From assembly GCF_001194135.2 (NCBI RefSeq), contig NC_068982.1, positions 35,598,506-35,662,505 on the forward strand: DNA of 64,000 nucleotides, given 5' to 3'. The notes below the pieces were generated by a model. It had not been told where the DNA came from. It did not search any database and was given only the letters and a program-made list of their open reading frames with translations. Below, in pieces: positions 51,851 through 64,000 of the stretch. Numbering within the stretch: the stretch's first letter is position 1; the number at the start of each line of letters is the position of its first letter. Position numbers and translations under genes: made by a program. The stretch comes from Octopus bimaculoides. Lineage: Eukaryota.

Positions 51851-54800
51851 TATTTTGGCATTGTGTGTTTGATAATGCAACTGCGATTTTGGTGAAAAGT
51901 GTTTAGTTATTATAGACTCAGTTTTGATTGAGGCAAAGTTTTGCCTGACTGCTTATTCAGTTGGTAGTGAAAAATTTTCTTTTTAATGTTTATTTAGGAA
52001 AATTTTCATTATAAGTAAAAATGGGTTAAGGAGTAAATTACAATTATAGGAAGAATCCTATAAGAGAAAAAGAATGTGTTTTATTATTTAGGAGTGAAAT
52101 TCTTAAATATTAAATATAAAATTAGGGAATGGAGAGTGAATGGATGAAGAAAGAAATTATATTTAAAGTGTGTGAAGGTTAAAAAATGGTTGAGTTATGT
52201 AGAGAGGAATTGTGAGTGTAACATTTCTTTTAAATTTTTCAAGGTCAAAGAGAATATTTTTTAAACTGACCGAGTTATTACATGTATATATATACATATA
52301 TATTACCATCATCATCATCATCATTATTTAACATCCATTTTTCCATGGTTGCATGGGTCAGACAGAATTTGTTGAGGCAGATTTTCTACCACCTGATACC
52401 CTTCCTGAGCAAGGTAATATTTCCCCATGGCCAGACATTTTCACAGAATATTGGAAATGAACAACCTTGCTTTTATGATGATGATGCTCATTTACAGTCA
52501 TCATGTGATGTCTAGACAAGATACTCATACACGCATACATATAGAATGGGCTTTTTCAGTTTCCATCTACAAAATACACTTGCAAGGCTTTGGTTAGCCC
52601 AGAGCTAGAGAAGACACTTGCTCAAAGTGCCATGCAGTGGAACTGAACCCCAAAACATATGGTGGGAAGCAAGCTTCTTACCAAACGGCCATGCCTCATA
52701 TTGTAAAATGATTGGTGTTATGTAAATGAGCCTTGACATCATAGGTTTGAGAAGATCCTTCAGTTTGTCAACCTCTCTAATGCTGATGCCATGATCAAAT
52801 GCTCCCAACACACTCTATGGAAAGGTTATAAAGAGCATCCAGTTATAGCAACTCTGCTAATATGAAACATGCAAGACGTGCCCCACTAACCATATCTAGG
52901 AAAACAGTAACTCCAAATAAGAACCCATTGTATCTCTTACAGCATGGATGGCAGACATAAAAGGACAATGATGATATTCCCAGAGGCTTATTAAAGCTTC
53001 CAGGTTTATTACAATGAGTTAACAAACTAGTTATTCAATACGCTACTGTTAGTTAAGAGTATATAGTATATTAGTATATTCTCTCCATGCTGCATATTGA
53101 TACTTGGATGGAATGAACTATGTACTTAAGCTAACTTTGTTGACAGAGTACAAATTGTTACCCCATCTTCATCTAGCAGAACTCTACCATGGTTCTTTGG
53201 ATTATCAGAAATCATACTTAATTTAACCATTTGTCATCCATTTTTTTTCCATTGTAATGGAATACAATTATGTGTTTTAGCCAGAATTGTAGTAGCAGAT
53301 TAGCTAATCTATGACAACGGTGTTTTGCAGATGTATTTATGTCTATGTCAAGAGCACCAGTGTGTGTGCACAAAATGGAAACATAACCTTATTAGCATGA
53401 TTATCCTTCCTAGCATACAACCATTTCTACATATCTTTTTATCTTGTTTCAGTCATTGGACTGCAGCCATTCTCAGACACTGCCTTGAAGGGTTTTAGTC
53501 AAACAAACAGTACTTATTTTTTGTTTGAATCTGGTACTTATTCTATTGATCTCTTTTACTGAACTGCCAAGTTACATTGACATAAACAAACCAACAGCAG
53601 TTGTCAAGTGGTGAGTGGTGGGGTGGTGGGGCACAACCATAGATACAAAGACACACATACACAAGTACACTCATATAATATACATATGTGTGTATGATGG
53701 GCTTCCACACAGTTTCCAAGTACCAATTTCTCTCACAAGGCATTGGTCAGCCCAAGGCTATAGTAGAGGACACTTGTCAACCAAGGTACCAGACAGTGGG
53801 ACTGAACTCAAAACTAAGTAGTTACAAAGCACACTTCTTTACCACACAGTTATGCCTGTTTCTATATTCTGTTACCATTATATATTTGATACAAATTGCA
53901 ATACATGGGCAGAATCGGTAGAGTGTCAGACAAAATGTCTTGTAGTATTAATTGCAGCTCTTTACATTTTGGGCTCAAATTCTACCAAGGTCAACTTTGC
54001 TGCTCTAAGTTGGATAAATTAAAGTATTCATTAAATACTGGAGTTGATTTTACTGACTATACGAGTCATGAAAAATCTGTGGCCTTCAAGATTTTCTGAA
54101 TGGTATGCCAAACAGAAAATTACCTTGAATTTTTTTAGTAGTGCTGCCTGTATCTTGAAAAAGGTGCCCTACCACCACCACCACCACTCAAAACAGAAAA
54201 CTTGGTTATGTGATGATGTAAGAAATCAATATGTAAATGTATTCTTTCCTCAATCTTAATAACAAATGATTATTTAATTTTCACCATCATGAAGCTACAG
54301 CAGTAAAATAAATCTGCTTCTGATACAAAACCAATTGTTAGTGAAGCCTATGTGTGTATGTACGCGCCACAGTGTACGCATGTGTGTGTGTAGTTGATCT
54401 GTATGTGATAGTCATATATGTGAGAGTTTTTGTGTATGTTTTGAGTCAATGCTTATGGATGTATTTATGATTGCTCTTGGGTGTTATGTGCTGCATAGAA
54501 GTTTCCACATGTGAATATAATGTATGTCTTTGTGAAGGTCGACTTTGCCTTTCATCGTTTTTATGGGAGGTCAATAAAATAAGTACCAGTTGAGCACTGG
54601 AGGTCAATGTAATCGACTTACTCCCTCCCTTGAAAACACTGGCCTTGTGCCAAAATTTGAAACCAATATTATGTATGTCTCCTTTAGTGTGTGCATGTGT
54701 ATGTGTGTGTACGTGTGTGTATATTGTTGTGTATATCATTTTACACACTATCAAGCTATAGAATTAGCTGAACATTCACAGCTCTCTCTCCACTCCCCCA

Positions 54801-55077
54801 AATAATAAACACAACATCAATAAGTAGTACAACAGAATGAACTTCATTCTATGTACAAATACCCAATCAATGTTTAGGAATACCTAATAAATTGATGATA
54901 CTCGGATATGCTGTATATAATTTGGCCAACTGCATATAATTAAACTAGCTCAGAAATTAGTATCAAAGCTGCTCACTTAAGATTTAAGATTAATAAAATG
55001 TGATAAAGTTTCATTTGATCTGCTAGAAACAATCACTGCATCTCCTTCAAATCACATCCAATGCCTTTAATAATGAC

Positions 55078-55112
<35 letters not shown>

Positions 55113-55564
55113 CAATAATCCTTTCTGCTAAAAGCTCAAGGCTTGACATTTGGAGGGAGTGGGGCTAGTCAATTACATCAACCCCAGTTCTTGACTGGTA
55201 CGTATTTTATCAACCCCAAAAGGATGGCAGGAAAAGTCGATCTCAGCGGAATTTTAACTCAGAACATGAAGACGGACGAAATGCCACTAAGCATTTTGCC
55301 TGGCATGCTAACAACGCTGCCAATTCACCGCCTTAGTAATTAATAATAACAATAATAATTATAACAGCAACAAGGATATCAGTAATAATGATATTAGACA
55401 GTGTAATCCTTGATATATAAATGACAAGATGGTCATGACTGGAATGCCTCCAATCATAGGTCTGCTGGTTTACAACTGGCCAGGAGCTAAATAACAACAT
55501 CATAATCTTGAACATTCAATTTTTAGACACCACAATTTACATAACAATTTCTAGTTCACTTTAA

Positions 55565-55770
55565 CACTTTTGATACCAATCCAGCTGAAACTGCCTCTGG
55601 TTCTGTTTTCAAAAGTTCTGAATTAAAATCTTCCACCAAACCTTAGTCACAATTTATGTTCCTAACACTACCCTAATAATAACTAATTTATTTTACTAAA
55701 TTCTTTGTTATATCTAAAATTAATTGAAAGAAACACAGAGCATCTCAACAGAAATATGGTAACAAAAGGG
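55565..55770. mobile_element. piggyBac-type MITE family 2 (partials 59283-59390 and about 29860-30041)
   Basis: TTAA|CACTTTTGATACC...GGTAACAAAAGGG|TTAA. Confidence 0.75.
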
Positions 55771-56169
55771 TTAAGCTCTGTTTATCTTGTGACTACTTGC
55801 TAAAAATGAAACAAAAAATATATTTAATTAATACTTAATTCATGTCATTACATAGAATATGATTAAACTTTATCTCTTCTTCTATTTAGCCTGAAAGCTA
55901 ATTTATTTTAATTTCAGTAAATCCATAATGAATTTTCCAAACATTTTATTATCTCTAGTGGCTTACATATTTCAATATATAAATTATTTGTTAAACTTCC
56001 ACAAACAAGCACAGGCATTGCTGTGTGGTTAAAGGATGCTCACATTGAAACTATGTGGTTTCAGGTTCAGTCCCTTTGCACAGCATCTTGAGAAAATTCT
56101 ACTATAGCCCCAGGGAAACCTATGCCTTGTGAATAAATTTCATACATGAAAACTGTGTAGAAGCCTATG

Positions 56170-56200
<31 letters not shown>

Positions 56201-56659
56201 TATGTGAGTGTATGTGTTTATGTTTGTTTACATTCTTATAACTTAGCAGTTCAGCAACAGATGCTGATAGAATATGTACCAGGTTTAAAGATATGTTGGG
56301 GTCAGTTTGTTCAACTAAACTTTCCAAGGTAATACCCATAGTTCAATAACTGAAACAAATAAAAAAACTAAAAGATAAATTGTCATTTTGCTTTAGCTGG
56401 GGGTGGTGAATTGGCAGAACCGTTAGAGCATTGCGCAAAATACCTTGTATTTATTTCAACTCTTTACATTCTGATTTCAAATCCTACCATGGTCAACTTT
56501 CCTTTTCATCTTTCCAGAATCAATAGATCATAGTAGCAGTTAATTACTTGGGACAGTATAATCAATTGTTCCCTCCTTGAAAATTTGTGACTGTGCCTAA
56601 ATCTAAAACCATCATCATCATCATCATTATGAATATTATCATGATTATTATTATTCATA

Positions 56660-57003
56660 CATTCACAACAGATTAGACAGTTGAAAGTAAAAATTTCTAA
56701 CATCAGGCTACAACAAGTAAGCTTAGATGCCAAGAGCCCTCCTAAGTATCCTAGCTGTTCCTAATAATACTGTTTTCTGGAGCTGTACTAAACCGGGTTT
56801 TATGTCTATTTCCCCTATCCATCTGTTCAGCTCTTTAGGGATAGTTCCTAATGCACCTATAATTACTGAGATACATTTTACCCATACTTTCCATAGTCTC
56901 TGTAATTCAATGGCTACTTTGATATTTTTTCTATACCTCTCATTGATTTTTTTCATCATTTGGGACTGTAAAGTCAATTATCTGGCGCTTTCTATTCTCT
57001 GAT
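56660..57003 (-). mobile_element. R4/Dong-clade 3' fragment
   Basis: ORF 56723-56977: VAIELQRLWKVWVKCISVIIGALGTIPKEL...LQKTVLLGTARILRRALGI*. Confidence 0.85.
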
Positions 57004-57019
57004 CATTATTATTATTCCT

Positions 57020-57388
57020 TTGTAACACAGTGTAGGTAAAAAAAAATGCACCGGTGTCTTTAGTCATCTGTCAACTCACAACAAGGACCTCAGACAGATA
57101 ATAGTTTCCTTAAGATGTGTGCTGTGCCCAATAAGGCTGCTTCTTTGCAAGACATCAGTCTTGCATGGAATTTCCAGTTACCTTAAGAAGTCTTGAAGTT
57201 TCAATGGGATTCAGCCCAATGCTCCGATCACCACTGCTATCACTTTTACGTTACCCTCTCACATTCCATACAGTCTTGCCATTTCCACTTTCAATTTGGA
57301 GTACTTGGTGATTTTTGCAACCTCTTTACTCACAACATTCATGTCATTTGGTATGGCTACATCAATGATCTGACAGTACTTGTCTCAT
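57020..57388 (-). mobile_element. R4/Dong-clade 3' fragment, different subfamily, in tandem with the previous one
   Basis: DKYCQIIDVAIPNDMNVVSKEVAKITKYSKLKVEMARL...VIAVVIGALG...KAALLGTAHILRKLLSV*. Confidence 0.85.
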
Positions 57389-57395
57389 TCAATTA

Positions 57396-57438
<43 letters not shown>

Positions 57439-60400
57439 TTAATATCATGAGTGAGAGAGCAGTGCATGCCATCAAAGTGACACTGGGGTGAAATATACAA
57501 GCCCAGTATACCCATCATGACTACCTGTCTGATAAGGGTACACCAGGCACATGCATCACAACCATGGTGATCTTATATCAAGATAAACAGTGCATGACCT
57601 TGCAGGTGGGTTAGAATTTTCGTCAGATTGAGTAGCCCATCCTGCTCAAAAGGTCCCTGAATAAGGGTTGTTTAAGTGAAATACTGGAGTCAATGTAATC
57701 AACTCATCCCCTCCCCCAAAATGGTTGCCCTTCTGGCAAGATTTGAAACCATTATTATTATTATTATTAAGTTGGCAAGCTGGTTGAATCATTAGCATGC
57801 CAGGTGAAATGATTAGTGGTATTTCACCCATCACTATTTTCTGAGTTCAAATTCCGCTGAGGTCAACTTTGCCTTTCGTCCTTTCGGAGTTGATTAAATA
57901 AGTACCAGTTATGCACTGGGATCAATGTAATTGACTTAATCCCTTCCTCCAAATTTAAGGCCTTGTGCTTCCAGTAGAAAGAATTATTATTATTATTATT
58001 AAGGTGGAAAGCTGGCAGAAACATCAGCATGCTGGACAAAATGCAGAGCAGCATTTTGTCTGTCTTTACATTCTGAGTTCGAATTCCATCAAGGTTGAAT
58101 TTGCCTTTCATCCTTTCAGGGTTGCTTAAATAAGTACCAGTTGAGCACTGGAGTCGATGCAATCGATTTATCCCTCCCCTAAGATGGCTGCCCTTGTGGA
58201 AAAATTTGAAACCATTGTTATTATTATTATTATGGTGATGAGTCAGCCAAATCATTAGCACATTGGACAAAATACTTCGGTGCATTTCTTCTGGCTCTTT
58301 ACATTTCAAGTTCAAATCTCACCAATCTCAACTTTAACTTTCATATTTTGGGGATTGATGAAATAAAGTATCAGTCAAGTACTGGGTGTCAATGTAATCA
58401 AAATTGCTAGCCTTGTGCTAAAATCAGGAAGAATTATTGCTGTTATTATTATTATTATTATTATTATCATCATCATCAATAGCGAAGGCACATAGCTTTG
58501 TGATTAGGTATTTAGCTCACAATCGTAAGGTCATGAGTTCAATTCCCAGTAGTGCATTGAGTAAGACACTTTATTTCACATTGCTCCTGTCTACTCAGCT
58601 GGCAAAAAGGAGTAGTACCTGTAATTTAAAGGGCCAGCCTTTTCACATTCTGTGTCATGGTGAATCTGCCTGAGAACTACATTGAGGGTATGTGTCTCTA
58701 TGGAGTGCTCAGCCACTTGCACATTAATTTCACAAGGCTGTTCCGTTGATCAGATCAACTGGAACACTCTTCATAGTAACCAATGGAGTGCCAGGCAATC
58801 ATCAATAATCATTGTTGCTGGATCATCTCTATTAGCTATAATTAATTAAAGCTTGTGTAAACTGAGAAACTAATTAATATTTTTCCATAACCACATTGGA
58901 TGAGATTATTTTATTCAGTTACATTTGGTATTCAAGGTTATATTGCTTATTATATGTAGTATCATCATCATCGTCATCATCATCATCGTTTAACGTCTAC
59001 TTTCCATGCTAGCATGGGTTGGACGATTTGACTGAGGACTGGTGAACCAGTTGGCTACACCAGGCTCCAATCTGATTTGGCAGAGTTTCTACAGCTGGAT
59101 GCCCTTCCTAATACCAACCACTCCGAGAGTGTAGTGGGTGCTTTTACGTGCCACCGGCACGAAGGCCAGTCAGGCGGGACTGGCAACGGCCAGACTCAAA
59201 ATGGTGTATTTTACGTGCCATCTGCATAGGAGCCAATCCAGCGGCACTGGCAAGGATCTCGCTCGAATGACTCGAATGTACTTAACACTAGCTTAATGAT
59301 AACTAAGTTATTTTACTAAATTATTTGTTATATTTAAAATTAATTGAAAGAAATACAGAGCATCTCAACAGAAATATGGTAACAAAAGGGTTAAAGTGAC
59401 TTTTTGTAAGATTAACATATGGCTATGTTGTTAAGACAAAGTGCTTCATAATGACATGGTTCTAGGTTTGATTCCACTGCATAGCACCTTTAGCAAATGT
59501 GCTCTACTATAGACTAATATTTTTTGAGTAACATTAGTAAATAGAAACTGAAAATCCATTGTGTATGTGTTTATCTGTAGCTGTATATGTGCTTACACTG
59601 ATCTAAAGATCAGTGTTGTTGTTTGTGTTTTGTCCCTTTATATCCTATAACTTGCCAGTGCAACAAATAGAGAAGGATAAAAAAAATATGATACTGAAAT
59701 AAATACTGGAGGACAATATGATCAATTAAAAAGCAACCCTTGAAAGTAGTGCCTCAACATGGCCACACTCCATTGACTAAAGCCAGTATAGATCAAATAA
59801 TTAAATATAAAAAATAAAAAGAATTATTAACTGCTAACTTTGATAATCTAATTCCAAATGTTTATTTGGTAATTTCATATTAGAAATATAATTCTTTGAA
59901 ATAATAAAAAGTTTAACCCTTTAGCATTCAGATTACTTTATCAAATGTAATACTTATTTATTCACATTATTTTCAGTTAATCATGCATTATCCCATATCT
60001 TTAAGATTTCAATGATGTAATTGTATATTTTTAGATTCACATTGTAGGGTAAGTGTGAAGGGCTAGACCTGGTCAGTTTGAACATAAAACTGATAGAATA
60101 TTCAGGCTTCATGTGACCAGTTTGAATGCTAAAGAGTTAATACTTTTGTTTGTTTTTTTTTAATGAAAATACTAAAGAAGATAACAAATTTTCTTTGTCG
60201 TTATGTAAATATAGCTTTCATTTTCTTTCATATCATTGTTTCTCTACAGTTTTCATTCATATAGATCAATAGGTAGATAGATAGATATACAGACAGACGT
60301 GTATATNNNNNNNNNNATGTATGTATGTATGTACACATATATATGTTCAAAGTTAATGACTGGCTCCATTGCTACTCTGTATGCATACTTGTTGAGGTGA

Positions 60401-60703
60401 CAATATTATGCAGACTTTGTTGCCTGAATGAATGCACTCAAGCAAGAAACAAAGAATAACCATAGACTGCATCATCATCGTCTTCAAGCACAAAGTTTAA
60501 TACATAAAATGTATTCAAAATACATAAAATGTGTTCCTATCCTTTTCACCTATTATATCTGTACATATCTATCTATCTATGTGTGTATAAATATACAAGA
60601 ATAAGGGCAGAGAATCGTCAATTAATAATAGAATTAATAATTAACAATTCTGCCAAGTAGTTCAGTATGAAAAAAACCTTTATCGGTAAGACTATTTATC
60701 ATT

Positions 60704-60904
60704 ATAAATATACAGGGATTAGCAATTGAGTTGCTTCTCCAACATACTGAAAATTTAGAAATAGCAGTCAAAGAACTACTGATTCCAAACTACAAATTTT
60801 CTAGAGAAAATTTGTAGTTTGGAATCAGTAGTTCTTTGACTGCTATTTCTAAATTTTCAGTATGTTGGAGAAGCAACTCAATTGCTAATCCCTGTATATT
60901 TATC
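60704..60904. repeat. near-perfect 200-bp palindrome
   Basis: Arms 60704-60803 and 60806-60904 are identical except for one extra T; 2-nt loop (AG). Confidence 0.95.
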
Positions 60905-60955
<51 letters not shown>

Positions 60956-61324
60956 CTTATTCATTCTCATCATTCTTTATATTTCTCAAGGAATTCTTTT
61001 CTTCCAATTTTTATTATTACAAGACCCAGAATGCAATTTGCATGCTCTCAATCATAAAGAAACAGCCTAGTTTAACTAACAATGCTTGATTACTAAAATG
61101 AATTACTGACATTAGAACTTACATTTTGTTTGATTGGATGAATTGACTCCCTAAGTGCTGACTTGTCAGGCCAAATGGTATTCTTGTTTTGTTTTACATG
61201 CATGCATACATACATGCATGTGTTTTTGTTTTTTTTTTGCATATGCTTGGATGAAATTTTAACTTCACCAAAATATAATAGCATATACCTGAAGGATCTT
61301 GAAAAAAAATCATTCAAACTTTTA

Positions 61325-61394
<70 letters not shown>

Positions 61395-63938
61395 TGCAGC
61401 AGCAAAACTGGGTGTTGGGATCTGTTTGGGTGATATTCCCAGTAATTAATAAAATGATAATTTTTTGGATGATTAACTGCATCTTTAGTAATGAAGAATT
61501 CTTTTTTTATACTTTTTGCATCTACTCTATGATTCTGTCTTTTTGATTTTCAGTCTTTATCATCAAGTGTCTTAATTCTTAATTGGATAGATAGTTTAGC
61601 AACTGTATGCATATTCTTTTACTTATTTCAATCATTAAATCATGGCCGTGCTCTCCCCACCCCACAGCTGGAAGGGTTTTAGGCAGTCATATCCAACCTC
61701 GTGTTTATTTTTAAGTTCTGTACTTAACTTTGTGATCTGTGTTTGTTGCACCATTCAGTTGTGGGACATTAACACAGGACACTGTTTTTTTCAAACAGTT
61801 TCTTTGTAGTCTGAATAAATGCACTCAAGTAAGAAACTTGAAATATCAGTTGAGTGCATCATCTTCAAACACATAAAGTCTGCTACATGAATCATGTACT
61901 TTTCCTCTCATCACCTGCCCCAAACATTGTATATATAAACCTTTTTTCTTTTTGCTTTACAAGCTGCATGGCAACCTCATTACTGCTGGTGACATGTAAG
62001 AAAGTACCCTATACATGTTATGAAGTGGTTAGCATTAGGAAGGGTATCCAGCCATAGAAACCATGCCAAAGCAGATATAGTAGCTTGATGCGGTTCTTAG
62101 GACCATCAGATTCAGTCTATGCCAGTATGAAACAGTGATGTCAAACGATGATGATGATGTCAACGTAAAGACAAATACAGAGACAGGCACAAACACACAC
62201 TCACACATGTGTGTGTGTGTTTTTATGTACTTGTCTTTCTCCACAGTTTCCATCTCCCAATTTCACTCACAAGGCATCGATTAGCCTGGGGCTATAGGAA
62301 AAGTCATCCACAATGAGACCAGTTCAGGTATAGTTGTTTTAACCAAACAGAAATGCCTGAAATTAGGTTAATAAATTCTCAATAAGTTTGGTAGAAAGCC
62401 CACAGTTTTGTGGGGAGAGGTGAATCAGCTACATCAAGTCTAGTACTTGATTGGTACTTATTTTATTGACCTCATAAGGATGAAAGGCGAAATTAACCTC
62501 GATAGAATTTGTACTGAGAAGTTAAAGAGCCAGGAGAAACACTGCTAAACATTTTCTCAGACATGCTAATAATTCTATTAGTTCACTGCCTTCACTTAGA
62601 ATAAATACATAGAATATGTAAAGGTCACTCGTGTGAATCCAGCCTGAAACTATGTGCACATCCCAAGAATAAGATACCTTATGCTGATTGCAGGTCAAAC
62701 TTACCAAAATATAATGTAGATGTAAATATTGTTAAAAAATGTTTTATCTATAAAAATGAGATTAATAGTCAAATAATAAATAAAATTCATATTAACAACC
62801 CATTTGAGACATATAGACATTTACATTCTATTAAATTCACCAAATCCTTTTTTAGCTGGGTTTTTAAATCATCTAAAGTAAAACAGGAACTTTCTAATTG
62901 TTAACTAGGGCATCTCTAGGCAGCTGGTTAATCTGCTAGAAATAGCAACCAAATTTCCCTCAAATCAAGTTATACCATACCCTCTTATAAAAAAAAAGGG
63001 AACATTTGTTAACGTAGTCCTAGAAATATTATACCCAAAATTAAGATGGGATGGTCATGGAAGGGATGCTTTTAATCGCAGATTTGTTCAGTTAGAGCTG
63101 ACCCAAGTCTAAACAGCACCTGGAGCTTTTCCATTTCTGCTTTTTTAACTTTTTTTTAGAGTGCAAAAAAGATTTGTTACTGAGCAGTATCAACCACCTC
63201 AGTTGCTCAAATAAAATATTTAACCAAATAAAAATAATCTGATCAATCCCAATTTAGCTAACTTGTATCGTTTGCTATGTCCAAAGGGCTGTTGCTGTTG
63301 AATTGACTGAAATAGTAGTATAGAGCACATCCTTCTGCATTCAAGTTCTTGAGAATGAGAATAGAAATGCTAAGATAACTATTAGTAGTAATAGTGGAAC
63401 TGTAGCTCCTACTCCTTAAAAATCTTGCTCTTGTTGCCAAAGTAAAAATCAATAAATTATAAGACAGTATCCTAAATGTACATATATATATATATATATA
63501 TATACATGTATAAAGTAGAAATTGATATGCTCAGTGCACAACAATTTTCCATTCAGGTTTCAGCTGTTATTGATGATCATATTATGTATGTATGCTCACA
63601 CACACACACATACACACACGTGTGTGTATGTATATATATGTGAAGTGCATGACTTAGAGGTTAGGGTGCTGTGCTCATGATCATAAGATTGTGGCTTCAG
63701 TTCCTGGATTGGACAATGTGTTGTGTTCTTAAACAAGAAAACTTAATTTCATATTGCTCTTGTACTAGAAATGAGTATTCCTGCAACAGACCTGTGTCCT
63801 GTCCAGGTGGGCAATACATGCACCACAGAATCTGGGAACCCAGCCTTATAAGTATATGGCCCTAGAAGAATCTTTTATCCTTTTGTTATATGATATAGAT
63901 ATGTATATATACACACACACACATGTATGTATGTATAT

Positions 63939-63992
<54 letters not shown>

Positions 63993-64000
63993 GCATATTT

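Noticed and set aside
52700-53000. Possible additional RTE fragment (WLVGHVL on minus strand)
   Set aside because: Too decayed to call with confidence.
53331-53500. Cys-rich frame MYLCLCQEHQCVCTKW as a possible downstream VWC exon
   Set aside because: Wrong phase for the 43767 donor, no donor site, and it runs into a SINE; the cysteines come from TG-rich sequence.
57670-58440. Idea that family A SINEs are mobilised by Dong; also a CRISPR-like periodic look
   Set aside because: SINE sense strands end in (ATT)n whereas Dong sense strands abut (TAA)n, i.e. opposite polarity. The units are long diverged SINEs, not repeat-spacer arrays.
60860-60895. ggagaagcaa...ttgctaa as a decayed hammerhead in the palindrome family
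   Set aside because: Both copies of the family have G at the invariant A6 position and lack GAAAC.

Overview
AT-rich, microsatellite-dense animal genomic DNA with seven N gaps. It is most likely octopus or another coleoid, inferred from the repeat families and a mollusc-like cox1 NUMT. One host gene is present on the + strand: the 3' eight coding exons (12270-43844, about 301 aa) of a NELL-family gene. The encoded order is end of TSPN/LamG, CPTC plus coiled coil, two VWC domains and two EGF domains. Its 5' exons were not found and probably lie upstream of the window. The frame stays open past EGF2 into a GPI-signal-like hydrophobic tail, and I found no further exons by eye. The rest is repeats: tRNA-derived SINEs, RTE/CR1 and R4/Dong-type LINE fragments, mariner, hAT, piggyBac-type MITEs, a Helentron-like element and a 570-bp cox1 NUMT. 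The most unexpected signal is a set of type I hammerhead-ribozyme motifs from several unrelated repeat families inside the introns. These include a tRNA-headed Pol III element with a minimal Penelope-type hammerhead, arranged as a 270-bp inverted pair, and a hammerhead inside a 319-bp partial tandem unit (retrozyme-like). Other notable structures are a templated inverted insertion bracketing the coiled-coil exon, a 200-bp near-perfect palindrome, a pre-miRNA-like hairpin and strict (TAA)n targeting by Dong-type elements. All analysis was by eye; repeat boundaries are approximate.
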